64,000 bases of DNA, taken from Kudoa neothunni. Taxonomy: Eukaryota; Animalia; Cnidaria. Positions 25,893 through 39,072 of the stretch are shown here, piece after piece. The notes beneath the pieces are model-generated. The model was not told where the DNA came from. It saw only the letters and a list, made by a program, of their open reading frames with translations, and did not search any database. Where the stretch lies: positions 2,761,223 through 2,825,222 of the forward strand of contig OZ199839.1 in the NCBI GenBank assembly GCA_964304625.1, read 5' to 3'. The translations under genes and the position numbers were made by a program. Each line of letters begins with the position of its first letter. Position 1 is the first letter of the stretch.

Positions 25893-26393
25893 GCCGAGGA
25901 CACATAGCACGTCGGTGTGACACTCGGACTCAGAACCTTAAGGTAATGGGTTCGAATCTCGAATCCGCCGGTGGTCTCTACTCCCATATTTGTATTTGGT
26001 TAGGGAGCTGTGGTTGTTAAATTAAAGTGTACTACGCTAGCAGCCAAATTCGCGTGAATTGGGGGTTTGAATCTCCAGAACCCATCGAAAGGCGAGTAAT
26101 TTTCAGTCCTCACAGAGCCAAACTTCCTTAAAGGGATGGGATGGGATGGGATGGGATGGGGTGGGGTATATATAGGGTTTGGGGTGATGGTCGCCCTGAC
26201 TGAGATGAGAATGTTTAGTGGGTTAAAGTCCCACACTACCGCATAAAGATTATTAAAGATAAGGGACGGGGTTTCATGTTCATGATATACGATACGCCCT
26301 GCGGTGCCTAAAGCGTTAATGGAAGAGGTTTGACCAACCAGAATTCCACAACCTAATAAGTTGCGTCAGGGGTTTTGCCTTGTGAACAAAAAA
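25893..26393 (+). mobile_element. tRNA-derived SINE, copy 1
   Basis: Head with A-box-like TAGCACGTCGG and B-box GGTTCGAATC; body and tail homologous to the reverse complement of 61729-62190; A-rich end. Confidence 0.8.
26133..26160 (+). repeat. (GGGAT)n microsatellite inside SINE copy 1
   Basis: Five perfect GGGAT units plus a partial unit. Confidence 0.9.
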
Positions 26394-26394
26394 C

Positions 26395-26845
26395 AAACTT
26401 TCCGTTATCGTAAATGGAGAGATTGTTTCAGCCACAAGATTAGCATTTTTAGTGTCAAACATTACCTGATCTGATTCTGATACGCTTAAATTAACAATAG
26501 ATGGAGGTGGAACAAATAATTCACTAATTTTTATGTTTTTATTTGTTTGAGTATGTAATTTATTACGAGTAACAAGTTTCCTATTCCCATAAGACGACTT
26601 ATGAAGAAATGTTTTATTGCACCTTGTGCAAACAATAAAATCAATCTGGGATATTTCACCCCCGTCTTTAGTAAAGATGAAACAGAAATTGTCCCATTCT
26701 TTAGAACGCGAGGTAGATTTTTTCCAAGAGAAAAATTTACCAGCTTTCAGAGCCTTTTCAACAATTTCCACATTCCAGTTTGACATAATTAACTAAAAGC
26801 GGGCACGAACGGACGAAATTTACACGAACGAATGGGCATTGCCTA
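26395..26845 (-). mobile_element. Truncated relative of the 13323 hAT (left end plus BED-finger region)
   Basis: TIR TAGGCAATGCCCATTCGTTCG at 26845; ORF 26316-26786 is highly similar to the first ~110 aa of the intact transposase, then runs into the SINE. Confidence 0.9.
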
Positions 26846-27493
26846 AATAGTCACTTTCTTTCCGAAAATGATCATTCACTCGAACAAAATTTTAAATCGC
26901 ATTTCACAAAATTGAAACACATCCTCCAAAATAGAGAAAATACATTGGTTCAATTAATTCTTTTTAATTTTCTCTGTTTACAACTTGTTTATCTGGAAGA
27001 AACGTTTGCGTGTAATTCACTTAAACGGCTTCCCACGGAAGAGATTAAATAAAACTCCAAACATTGTGTATTTTGATCGAAATAACTATAAGACTTAATT
27101 CTGTAGTAAATTTAACAAGATATACATGTTATTTAGCAAAGAGTAACAGTCACACTATGAAATTTTCTTGAACACACTAGCAATAAAATTTAACCTTTAA
27201 TACTAAAAAGTGATCTATCTTTTTGTAATAACAAACGAATCATATAAAACGCGGAAATCAGGCTTATTACACATGCGTTAGCATGTAAACAAGATGCCCA
27301 AACCGACATTTTACCGATTTCAGGAAATCATCAAAAAATGCAAACGCGTGTTTATATTAAAATATATTTTTTAAACCTGCAATAAAGAAAATTAAGATGA
27401 GCATTAAGAATGACTTCCATCGACTTCACCGAGCATTAACATGCTGCCGATTTTTAAATAATCCAACGAATATCCACCGAAGTTTGAACAGTC

Positions 27494-28016
27494 ATGTTTT
27501 CGCACAGGGTATCATCGTTAACAACTATTTCTAGAAATGTATAATTCTTTTGGTTTTATGAGTCGAATCTATAATTTCTATGAACTGTAGGCATGTTTCT
27601 TAAATCCTAGCATCTGCTATGCCAAGTAATTGTAGGTTTGGTGGTTTTTTGTTGACTATGTGTTTAGGTCTAATATCTCCGCATTTGGACAGAGTAATAA
27701 CGAAAAATAATTTTTTATATCGTTATCCTATGGCTTTTGAATTTTAGTGAACTCAGCGAGGACTTTAAAAACAAGTTCGCCCAAGTACGACGTTGAAACT
27801 GCCGCCAAGTATATTGGAGCTGGAACCGCCACTAGTGGAGCATCCGGTGCTGCCGCTGGTATCGGTATTGTATTCAATGGATTCGTGCAAGCTTTCGCCA
27901 GAAATCCATCCATGAAACAGGAGCTTTTCACTTATTCTCTAATTGGCTTTGCTCTCGCAGAAGCTATGGGATTTTTCTGTTTAATCATGGCTGCACTTAT
28001 TCTCTTTGCATTTTAA
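27494..28016 (+). CDS. ATP5MC: Mitochondrial ATP synthase F0 subunit c precursor, 4 exons (27494-27538, 27591-27625, 27668-27693, 27748-28016), 124 aa
   Basis: Mature DVETAAKYIGAG...ARNPSMKQELF...ALAEAMG; presequence encoded by three mini-exons with phase-consistent introns of 52/42/54 nt. Confidence 0.95.
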
Positions 28017-29599
28017 TCCGCTGTTTCACTTATGTCCGTTTCAATGATTATCATTAACTATCTTATTTTACTTAGATATCATCCAATTCAAATGTTTTCA
28101 TTTTGCGTGACCAATTAAATTTGTGTTGTTTACTTTGCTCTACATTATTTTCATTTGGAGATTTTTTGATATCGGTTTGCGTCGAACCTAGTAGAAATTT
28201 TGGGAAGGGGTTTGGTTGGTTGGTTTAATAATTAAAAGTTTAGTACGTATAAAAGTAACCTAGAAAACTTTGTCGGTGTTTGTTTCTCAGAAATAATGGG
28301 ATAGTCAGTGATTATACAGTTAATGATCTTCCTTAATCTTCGTAATTTTTTATTATTTTCTCTAGATAATATTTCGTCCTAAGATTCCGATATTTTAAGG
28401 TTTTAGTGTTTTATTGTGGTTGGATCGCTTTAGAATTTAAATTTTTATTCGTCCATTTTCCGGCTATTTTATTATGCGAAAATTAACAACCTGCAGTTTC
28501 GATAGAAGTTAGGTGCAGCTTCTTAAATGAAGAGCAGAAAATCGAAAAGTTTTCATAAATTATTTTTTCTTGTTGTTAAAGACCATCATTATCTCCTTCT
28601 TTTTTAATTTTCCTCTTCTACACTCGTCATTCCGAAAATAACGAATTATTTATTTTCTATTTTCATGTATTTTTGGATCAATAGTATGTCAAAATATATT
28701 TCAGCATTTTTTATTTACAAATGTAATTGCACACGTTTTAATTTCATGAGGTTAATTTAAACAACATAAGTTGGAATTACTGCTATTGAAAAAATTTGGA
28801 TACATGATTATTTAGCCTTTTTCATTAATAACGTGTATTAATAGGAGCGTTTTACAGACAGTTAACTTATGCTGGTAAATCTGATTGGGATGATTTTAGC
28901 AAGTAGTATTCATAGATACTTGAACACTAACATAGGCATTAATTTTAATTTTGCTCTTGTGAGAAACACATTTCCTTACACTTATGCCACAAATACAGTC
29001 AATCACCCCTAAACGTAAGATTTAAGATTCATGAGTAGATTTAATGGATATAGTTTGATTTTTAATAATTTGACTATTAATTTATGGCAGGATTTTCAAT
29101 TGTTTTTCAAATTTACCCCCTTAACTTGGAAGCCATATTCACATCAACGTTAGGGATTTATGCTGGTTTAGCTATGGCACAGGCTACCTGAGCGGTAAAT
29201 TCTAATCCTTAAAGTTACGTCGTTTGTGTAACGCTAATTTTTAATCCTAAAACGCTCACTCAAAAGCTGTATACATATTTAGTTTTTTTAGATTTTGCTA
29301 AATAAAATTATGTCCAAAATATTCCTATGCTCTTGGAGCCAGAAATAATTAGAAATAGTCAAAACTAGTAACATCTGAATATCATTTATTAAGCAAGTAG
29401 TCATTTTATGTATTATTATTATTATTAGGTTGCACCACAAAAACCTAAACGAGACATAAAACAAAGATACTGAGAATAATTTTATAGATAGCTGTTAAAA
29501 ACTTATCCCCAACAACATTTTAAGAACTTTTGCTTAATTCTTATTGAGTTAAATAGCCCTGAATAATATAATTCCTTAGAAATCCGAAGTACGCCACAA

Positions 29600-31271
29600 A
29601 CCCATAATGAAAAAATTCGCCCTATCTAATTTTGATGTTATTTAATTTACCCCCTGTCATTTAAATTTTACCCCTGGTCTAGAGTATCGACGCCACCTTT
29701 GGTTGAATTGTAATACATTACAATTTCAGGATTTTTGGTCTCCTTGTTTATCTCAACGTTTTGATGTTGAGAGCTTAAAAGAATTTCCGATTTGTTTTTC
29801 TTCCGGTTGAACTTCACCAGAGTATATTTGTCCTGAACAAGAAATTTGATTTCACTTTCAGTAACTTTTGATGACTGGAATTCGGGAACAAGAAATTTTT
29901 TATATTTCTAACTGCTCCAACAATAGTAGTCTTATTTGAAATAAGGTACCTTGCAAGCGATAAAGTGGTAAAAAAATTATCTGTAGTTAAATTTCGATCT
30001 TTGCTTAAGTATGGATGCATTAGATCTTTCAATACATTTTCGTCTGGATTATTTCCAATCACTCCATTTCCCTTGCCAATGTATATTTTTGCATTGCAGA
30101 GGTACGCATATGTTGCATCCCAAAACTCCCAGATTTTGATTCCATACTTACTATTCTTTGATGGAATAAACATTTCGAAGGAGTATCGCCCTCTAAATGT
30201 TACAAACTGCTCATCAACAGTCAACTGAGAGGATGGGTCGTAACTTTCCTTGCATGTCTTCACGAAGCAGTCAAAAATATGTCTAATTGGAGCTAATTTG
30301 TCATTACGATTGCCACCACGTCTAATATCAAATCTAATAGATGTTGTAATTTCTTCGAAGCGATTTCTGGATATCTTTTTTATTATGGATGATAGAACGT
30401 ATTATTCACTCCAATAAGTATGAATGCACCCAAATAAATGTTGAGTTTTTCCAAATCAATTTTCTTTCTGTTTGGTTTTTCTAGTCTGATGAATATATTT
30501 GTGCAATATACGATCTTATCAAGTATAAAAAAGGTCAAGACATTAATAAATGCTCTCAACGGAGTCTGTCCTAAAAGTCTTGCTTAATTTGAAAATTCTG
30601 GTTTCCTCTTGTATATATTTTCCTGTGTTACTCTCCTTTCAATTCCTGTTGGAGTTTTGTACCACTTTTCTCCGTCTTTTGACACGACACAAGAGATTTC
30701 TGAAGAATCTTCAATACTTTCTTCGCTGTCATTTACATCACAATCGTCTTTATTATTGACCGGTTCATTTGTGGTTTCATCTAAGTCTTCAGATTCTATT
30801 TCTTCAAATAATACGACATCAACAGTTTCAGCTTCAGCACCAAGAAAATTAATTTCTCCATCAGAACTCATTTTGGACGTTTTCTAGCACACTGACCGCG
30901 CATCATAAATTTCATTTATACGCTTTAATGTTCTTAATTTAAATTCGTTATAAAATATTCAGTTATATACAGAATCGGTTATAAACCGTTATTTACAAAA
31001 TTAAATAATTTTATTAACGTTTCAAAGGTTGATTAGATCATTAGTTTCAGGTGGACCACTGTGATCCTACTCAGGTATCTACGTAAATTTTTTTGTTTTT
31101 TTATTTATACACAAAGTTACTAAGTCTGAAAATCTAGTATATTAACATTTTATTTAATAATTTTACAAAATAAAATACACTTATTTGGAAATTAATAACT
31201 AATTATTCTGAAAAGATATTAAAGGTTTTTCCGCTAGTGAACTACAATGGTCCACTCCAGGTATTCGAGGG
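29600..31271 (-). mobile_element. piggyBac element, degenerate, one end lost
   Basis: Terminus ...ATTCGAGGG|TTAA at 31271; acidic N-terminus (30584-30871), LTVDEQFVTFRGR, KYGIKIW, TTDNFFT, YNSTKGGVD remnants. Left boundary approximate. Confidence 0.85.
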
Positions 31272-34249
31272 TTAATATGAACTGAACGTGCGTCACGAAA
31301 CGTTATTAATTTTGTGGCGACTGTTCACTTATTTTAAATGGGCGGCATATTTGTATAATTTGAAAATTTAAAACAGTAAGGAAGCCAACTATTAGTTTAT
31401 GAAAATTCTTAAGCACATGAGTTAGAAATATTGTATTAGACTGATTATGATACAATTTTTGTGCTCTAATAAAACTTTTTTTAATAAAGAGTTAGTATTT
31501 TAAATAGATAATATATTATTTTGTTCATAGGTTTTTATATGGAAAAAGCAGACTGTTAACCTAGATTATTTAGGTCGTCCGATTGTCTTCACTCTCAGTG
31601 GGAATGATAACTCTAACTAATATTAGTTAACATTTTAATGATTTTATCTCGAGTACCGGTTGTTATTTCGTATTATTTTGTGCGAACTTCCTTTGAAATA
31701 TTTGTATTACACAAAGTTTAGAGGTAAAAAATAGATATTTGAATAGACAATCCTCAAAAATTCCCATACTTTATGTTCTCAACAGTAACAACGATACATA
31801 ATTTTTCATTCAAACTAGGGAAGCATTCTAAAATTTGTTCCAAGTAGCCATTAATGTCTTTTGGAACTTGTTCGTAAAAAATTCATGCATAAGTTATGCG
31901 AAATGCTCAAATAGGATCGTTAGCAGCAGTTAAATACAAGGGTGCATTAATACGGACATAAATTGTAGAATTTATCGAAAATATTTGAATTTACAATCGC
32001 TGTGAGTTCACAAGTTTATTTGTTGCCTCCGTTAGCACAAATTTTCAATAAAACTGAAGAGTTAGTCGATTTAGGTGATCAACCAAAAATAATCAAGTAA
32101 CAATATTATTGTCATTTTTTATAATTTTAATAACACAATTAAAATTGTGAGTTAACTTATTGATAGTCGTAAATACATCTATATTGGTTATTCCTCTTTT
32201 TTCACATTGTGTAGGGGTAGGGATTTCACTGTGATATTTTTACTCGTTCATAGCATAACATTTTTTGTACACGCTTTTTATTAGATCCAAATGATATTAA
32301 TTCGAAAAGATGACTATCTGAGAAATCGACTGTCAGTTGATGAGGTAGAAATTTGTATATCGAAGCATTACAAAGATGACTAGGTATCACATTTAAGATC
32401 AAGATTATGAAAAATTTTTCATATCGTTACTAGCTCAAAAAGTAATGGTAGAGATGCAGTTACCTCTAAGCTTTCTTTTTTATAGAGAATCGAAAAGGAT
32501 ACAGACGTTATTTTTCAGTAAATTAAAACATTATTAACATATTTCAGAATTTTAGATTGGGAATTTTATATTTTTTGCAATTCTTTCATTTTTAATTGCA
32601 GGATAAAAAATGTTCATAACGATTAATATGACTTTTAATGAGTTATATAAGTCGGCTTTCAATCCAGGAGAAGATTCCATCGTACAAATGACGCTACAGT
32701 GAAAATTTAAATTCTCACACAGGTTTCTATAATCAATGATATAAAACGTGTTTCCTTCTATTGTAGACATTAATTTCATATAACGAATTAGGGTAAAATT
32801 TAAGTTTTTTTAAATTTTTATGTTATTAAAATTAATAATTTATCTATATTTTTAGCAAAAAAAATCATTTAAGAAGATAGGCTTATTCTCACCGCTATTT
32901 AAATGCAAACAGTAAGCTTTCGTTTAATTTTAATATATTTACTTTATAGATTTACTGAATTCACTGCATAGAATGCTCTAATCGTTTTCCATGAATAGCG
33001 GTAATACTTATTATATTTTATACTTATGTAATAATAGAGATATAAATATAATCTATAAATCAAATATATATATAACAAATGCAATTATTTCATTTTATAA
33101 AAACATAATTAAGCATATTTTAACAGATTACATTAGCTGAGCTAGATTAAACATATTAGGTACAATCAGAGGTAATAGGGTGGACGTTTTTATACATAAA
33201 CCACAATGTCTGGTGTTTGTTTTATTAGATAAACAAACCTTTGTTAGTACAAAATTAAAATATTTATTTAGAATTACTCATAACAAAATGTGAAACACGA
33301 AATTTATAGTCACAATAATAGAAATTTCAATAGCTCAAATTTTCCCCAAAACAGTCAATTATGTAATTATGTTAGGCCGAAAATCATTAATTACAAATGT
33401 GAAGTTCAACTTTTATGTGAACTTGTAGATTTGGAGTTATTCCCTCCTGTAGCAATAGACAAACCCCGCATATGGATTATACGGATCCGTAGCGATAGCC
33501 AGTGCCTATTTTTTATCTTAATGGCAGTGAATGAACTAAAGAATACGCAATTCCAGTAAATTGAAAATTATAATATCCTAACATCATTGAATAACTAAAC
33601 ACGTAGTATTTTTCTTTACGTTTCCAAATAAAAACGTACGTGAGTCAAGAAATCGGCGTTTATTTGTCTGAAAAAATAAATATAAACTAATTCAACTGAC
33701 GAAATTTTTTCAATTATTCATTCAAATTGGCGCAATATTAGAGAGAATTTGTTGGAAAAAACTTTATAACAGATTTAAATATCGAATAGTGTATAAAAAT
33801 TGAGTTAAATTTCATCTGGTTTCTATCAAATAAGTATTTATTTATGTGATAGTTACAACATAGGTTACTTGAAAATTTGTTTTTTTTAATTCATCACTGG
33901 TTATATGACTATTGTATGAGGGAACTTTATCTAAAAGAAAATCGAATAGTTATTATAACCCATTAATAGTGGAATCCAATAGCTAAATAATTGATTTAAT
34001 TCTTTACTAATATAAAATTGAACAGCTAAAGATATCACTATAATTTTTTCATTGGAAAAATTTAAGGTTTGTTTAATGTAATAATAAAATAATATTTTTC
34101 AGTTACTATACAACATTGTACAAAGAATTCTCATGTGAGTGCAACATATAAGTGGAAATATTTATTTCTACACATTTATCATTATTTCAGATCATTAATG
34201 ATGATATCTATGCAGTTTAAGAAGGAATAATTAAGTGAGAATTGCATAC

Positions 34250-34376
34250 CATCAAAAAACTGTCGAAAAGGATCTTTAATATGCTCGTTTTCAGCAGAGT
34301 AAGGTGGAACTTTAGGGATTTTATCAGAAACCACCACAATATAACCATTTTCATCTTCATACTGATAGATAGCCAT
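34250..34376 (-). other. Possible first exon of an unidentified gene
   Basis: AAAATG start, protein-like MAIYQYEDENGYIVVVSDKIPKVPPYSAENEHIKDPFRQFFD followed by G|GTATGC donor; downstream exons not resolved. Confidence 0.3.
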
Positions 34377-34587
34377 TTTTATACAATTGAATTGAATAGA
34401 ACAGATAAGTTGGGTTAAAAGTCCTCGCAGTTAACTACATAAACTTCAATATCAACTAAACCGATCTGCAATTCGCAAGTCCAGCCTAACCGGATTATCT
34501 CTCTTAAGCATTAACTATTGTATCGTAATAATAATTATTTATATTATACTTAAATTATAAATATTATTCAGTTGGCGCTAGTTTTGA

Positions 34588-34649
34588 CTATATTTAATTA
34601 TTTCTGGTCCACCGCTCCGCCCTTAGGAGCCAGAAATAATTAAATATAG
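34588..34649. repeat. Perfect 20-bp inverted repeat with 22-nt spacer; the arm also occurs at 29335-29381
   Basis: CTATATTTAATTATTTCTGG (34588-34607) / CCAGAAATAATTAAATATAG (34630-34649). Confidence 0.85.
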
Positions 34650-35089
34650 CAGATTCTAAAGACGTAAATCTGTAACCAGCTTGTAAGTTGGAGTTGCTAA
34701 GATAAAAAATTCTCTTTGCGCAAGCGGGTATTTCATTTAGGATTAAATCTTACCGTGCAAATAACCTCCGGCTTTTTAATATTTAGGGACCCATTAAATT
34801 ATATTCATAAAACGAATAAATTGAATATGTATAATGATATTAAATATTTAGAAGGAAAATCACAAAACTTAAATAAGAAGGTACCGCATGCGACCATACT
34901 TAATCCGAGTTATCAGAAAATAATGTCAGAATTTTTCTGTTTTTGTTGTCGTAATTTGTTTTGTTTTTTCAACTGATGTCACCGACATTTTGAACAAGTC
35001 TTTAATTCATAAAATCTGTTTAATATAAAGAAATTTGACAAATTAATCGCGACTAGATTCATCCCGAGAAACTATAATTCTTTCATTAA

Positions 35090-36185
35090 CCCTGCCGATA
35101 CTGGGTACTGACTGGGGTATTTCAGAAGACTTTAAATTGACTATTTTATTTCTACATTTATGTATTTTTGATTATTTACTTTGAAATTTCTCAAGTTCCT
35201 ATATTTAGTGAGTTTCTATCTGAAAATAAAGTTTATAATTTATCGGATAATGATTTATGCATAAAATAAGATAGTTTTTCTGGATTCATTTAATATTTGT
35301 TGTATTATTTCCCAAAACTCATATATTTATTATAAATATGATTTTCACTAATGAAAATCAAAATTTTTGATCCAAATTAAAATGCAAATCATGAAATGCA
35401 ATATTTATTTTTGAATTTAACCAAGAATAGATTAACGATAATTAATCCGATTAATTATTCCATTTGTTATCGCTTTCACATATTGGAGTAACAAAATTTT
35501 TTATAAATTTTAAGTTCTTCTTGGGTTTTAATATGAATCCTTACAACCATTTAAAGATTAAGAAAACTTCTTAATTGTTGGTATAAGAGTTGTAACCAAA
35601 GTCAACTAATGCGCAATCAACCGATCAACAACACAGCGGTATGGCGCCACCATCTTTTAAGCTATGGCTCGCAGGTTTGAACCCCGTCCACGACCATTCA
35701 TTACATCTATCTGAAAATAAATACCACAATGAAATATTACATACTTTTTTATTTCATAGAATATCGATTCACTTGATAATAATGCTAATCCTAAATTTTT
35801 GTATATAACCGATTATTACCGAGGAGATATCTACACACTAATGAATGTATATGGAGTTTACTGCGTAAATGTCCATTCGTTCTAGGTTTTTATCCTATTT
35901 GATGATTAAAATAAACATTATTGATTGTTTAAGGAGTGTAAAATATACATTTATGTTTTTAGTTTAACATTATACCAATAATGTTGCTGATAAATAAATT
36001 CATTTAAATAATTCCAGAAACAGCAATCCACTGTATATTTGCTATGGACTTGTTAAGCTAGGTGTATTGTTTACAATATATAAAATTGAGATATCTTGAA
36101 TAAGCTTAAAGCATATTTCGCCTGGGGTCAAGGAATACCCCAGTCAGGCACACACGTTTTGTTTGGGAAGTTAATACAGGGAAGG
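35090..36185. mobile_element. piggyBac-like non-autonomous element
   Basis: TTAA|CCCTGCC ... GGGAAGG|TTAA; inverted subterminal CTGACTGGGGTATT / AATACCCCAGTCAG. Confidence 0.65.
35630..35696 (+). pseudogene. Degenerate tRNA-like or SINE-head fragment
   Basis: CACAGCGGT...GCAGGTTTGAACCCCG...CCA with A/B-box-like spacing but no complete cloverleaf. Confidence 0.35.
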
Positions 36186-36254
36186 TTAAATATAACGTTT
36201 AGTTCTAAGGTTATGGCTACACTTACGATAAAGAATATCGGCTAAATTATGGTA

Positions 36255-38583
36255 CCGGGAAATGGCAATTTCATTCGTTCAAAAAAATTTGAGGCTGTAA
36301 TTTCATTCGCGTTCGCTCATTGATTCATTAGTACTTTGTGTAAATTTGGAGTCTTGCGAGCGAACACGAACTCACAATCCCCGCCTTAGACTATTGGAAG
36401 ATTCAAAATATCGGAATCTAAGTAAGTTGGTGACAGTTATTTTTTCGAGACCTACCGGCGACTCGAGCTCCGAGAGGGTTTTTTCCAATAACGGAAAAAT
36501 CCACAAAAGAGACTGTACACGCATGAACAAACGCAGAAAATATTTTTTTGAACTCTCTGCCGCGCTCAACATATCTATACAGTCGAACCTGGATATTGCG
36601 TAGTTTTTTGGGAATGGAAAAAATTACGCAACAGGCAGAAATTACGCGATATAGAGTATTGGCGCAAGTGCATTATGTATAAGAACAAAAATTTATTTTG
36701 GTTTAAAATAACTAATAATTTCCGTCTGTTTATGCTTTTTTTAATTATTTCAGATATGAAATCCATAACTGGGTGCGTTGAAAATAATGCTTTTGGGTTT
36801 TCTTGCATAAGAGCGCTTCTGATTAAATTGATCGCTTGTTTAAGTTCCTAAGCTGACACAAGCGTTTCATCTTTTACAAAATCCTGATCGACATTCTTTT
36901 TAAATTTATCAGTTTCGTGCGTTTTAGGTAAATCTATTGTTTCCTCTTATTCAATGTTGTTGATTTCGTCAATTTTTTTATCTAAAAAATAAGGTTGATG
37001 AACAGTGTATAAGTGTGAAAAAATTTTCACCATCATTATCAGGTAAATCTTGAGGTAAGATTTCACCATCTAATAATTTTTAATTCAGGGTGATAAAGGA
37101 TGGAATTACAATGCTCGAAAAATCTAGATTTTCTGAAACAATTTTGAATGGTAGTCGAAGATACCTTTCCCCATGCCTGCTTCAAAGTTTTTATACATTC
37201 CAAAACGGTATACCTAATTCAATTTGAATTGTTGTCTTCAGATAATTGATAGGTTGTCAAAATTTTACGGTACTGGCATTTTAAACTGCGTATGACTCCA
37301 AGGTCCATTGGTTGTAGTACACTTGTAGTGTTTTTAGGTAAAAATACCAGTTTAACATTTTCAAATTCATGAAGGTTTTGTGGATGCACAGGGCACTGAT
37401 CCAATAATATTAGAACTTTCCTTTTTTCTTCTTGGAATTTTTTATCATAGCATTTAAGGACATTGTAAAAAATTTCAGAAGACATCCAAGCATTTTTTTG
37501 TGCATAATATTTCAAAGGAAGTGGCTCTTATTTATTAAAACACCTGGGTTTTTGATACTTCCCTATTACAATAAGTGGGAATTTTTCCCCTGTTAAAGAC
37601 GCAGACACAAGAACAGTAACCCTTTTCTTGGATTGTTTCATTCCTTTTACGTCGGATTCGTCATTTAGAGTATACGTGTGTAAGAGTAGCTGTTCATAAA
37701 AAAGAGACGTTTCATCCATATTTATTATGTTGCATTTTTTGTATCCTAGTGAGATTTCTGGAAATTTAACCAAAAAATCCAGTACAGTTTGATTATTCAC
37801 ACTGCTGGCTTCACCGTGCAATTTTTTATAATGAATACAGTATCTATTTTTAAATCCCACGAACCAACCATTACTACCGGCAAATTCATCAATTCAAGCC
37901 CTATAGATTTAGCGATACTTTTGGCCTTTTCAACAATTAAGTATGTAGGGACAATCTTCTGATTTCGCATTTTAGTGATCCACGCATAGAGTAAATTGTC
38001 CAACTCCTTGTATTTGCCTTCTTTCGTTCTTTTTCTTGAAGCTGAAACAGTAGAATTAACAATATCATTTTGAGCAGCTAAAATCCTATCAAGTGTAGAG
38101 TGCCCTGCAAATATACTTTAATGGGGTTAGATAATTTTATATTACTAGATAGCTTGAAATGTTTAACAGCCATTGCTTTTTCTCCTTTAAGATATTTAAT
38201 TGAATTATAGTACTCGATAATTTCAATTTTTTCAGCCACTGTTCGCTGGTTCCTTACCATTTTTGTTTCGCAGAATTCGAAAAGAAGATTAAGGGGGATT
38301 AAACCAAACAAAATGTTACGCAGTAGAGAGATTTTAGTTTTAGCGCAATATCTTAAATTTTTACATCGTTAATAACAACTTTTTATCTTAGCTTGCATTG
38401 TTAACATCTATTTAAATAGTATATACGCAATGTTTAATTAAAAAATCTAAAATATACGTTATATTTCAATAAACTTGTGAAATTACGCAATATCCGGTTA
38501 CTCAATATCTAGGTTCGACTGTATGTCGCTGAGAGTAAAAAACTGCTTAATTGTTTTTATTTGCGCAATCGCCATTTTTGCAT
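36255..38583 (+). mobile_element. Non-autonomous hAT remnant interrupted by Tigger copy 2
   Basis: hAT C-terminal motif RPTGDSSSERVFS (ORF 36346-36603), TTCG-type subterminal repeats, inverted AAATGGCRATT ends. Boundaries approximate. Confidence 0.6.
36580..38521 (-). mobile_element. pogo/Tigger DNA transposon, full length but frameshifted (copy 2)
   Basis: TA|CAGTCGAACCTGGATATTGCGTA ... TACTCAATATCTAGGTTCGACTG|TA (21/23 TIR match); HTH, NMDETSLF, LLDQCPVH, FLPKNTTSVLQPMDLGVI. Confidence 0.93.
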
Positions 38584-38809
38584 TGACCTGATATAGATGT
38601 TTCATTAAGTGTTTAAAAATTGAAAAAAAATAAACCACGTGAAATAATATATTAAGTAGGTAGTGTTACGTTATGGTTGAACGTTCTAATGCGTTTTTTT
38701 ATGTGCATAAAGTCGTAAAGCTACATTTTATGTTTGTTCTAATTTCAGAAAAATTTCGATAAAATTATAATAATTACCATCATTAAATTAATATGTAGAG
38801 ATGAATCTC

Positions 38810-39072
38810 ATTTCACAATGTAGCCGCCGTTTCCTCAGCATGTAATATTAACGATATGTGACGAAGCTGTCTGAATCCGTACATTATCAGATTATCGAAG
38901 ATTAATTGGTTAGTAAACTTTAATTTACTCAAAACTTCTTCTATAGATTTCTTAAATATTTTATAAACCGAAACAAAATATTTTTTAGTAAAGAAAATAA
39001 AAATAAAAATGTGGGGTCGATTCGAACCCAAATGATCACTGGAGGTATGTCGTTTTTATGATCGTTAGAGGG
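38810..39072. mobile_element. piggyBac terminal fragment
   Basis: TGGGGTCGATTCGAACCCA subterminal motif followed by ...CGTTAGAGGG|TTAA; other end not found. Confidence 0.55.

Noticed and set aside
25893-25970. Possible tRNA gene
   Set aside because: The acceptor stem does not pair, and homology to 61729-62190 extends ~400 bp beyond it, so it is a SINE head.
26316-26786. 156-aa ORF as a domesticated BED-finger gene
   Set aside because: Chimeric read-through from a truncated hAT into antisense SINE sequence; no evidence of function.
31500-33900. Possible multi-exon gene or pseudogene
   Set aside because: Scattered splice-like signals but no phase-consistent model or recognisable motif.
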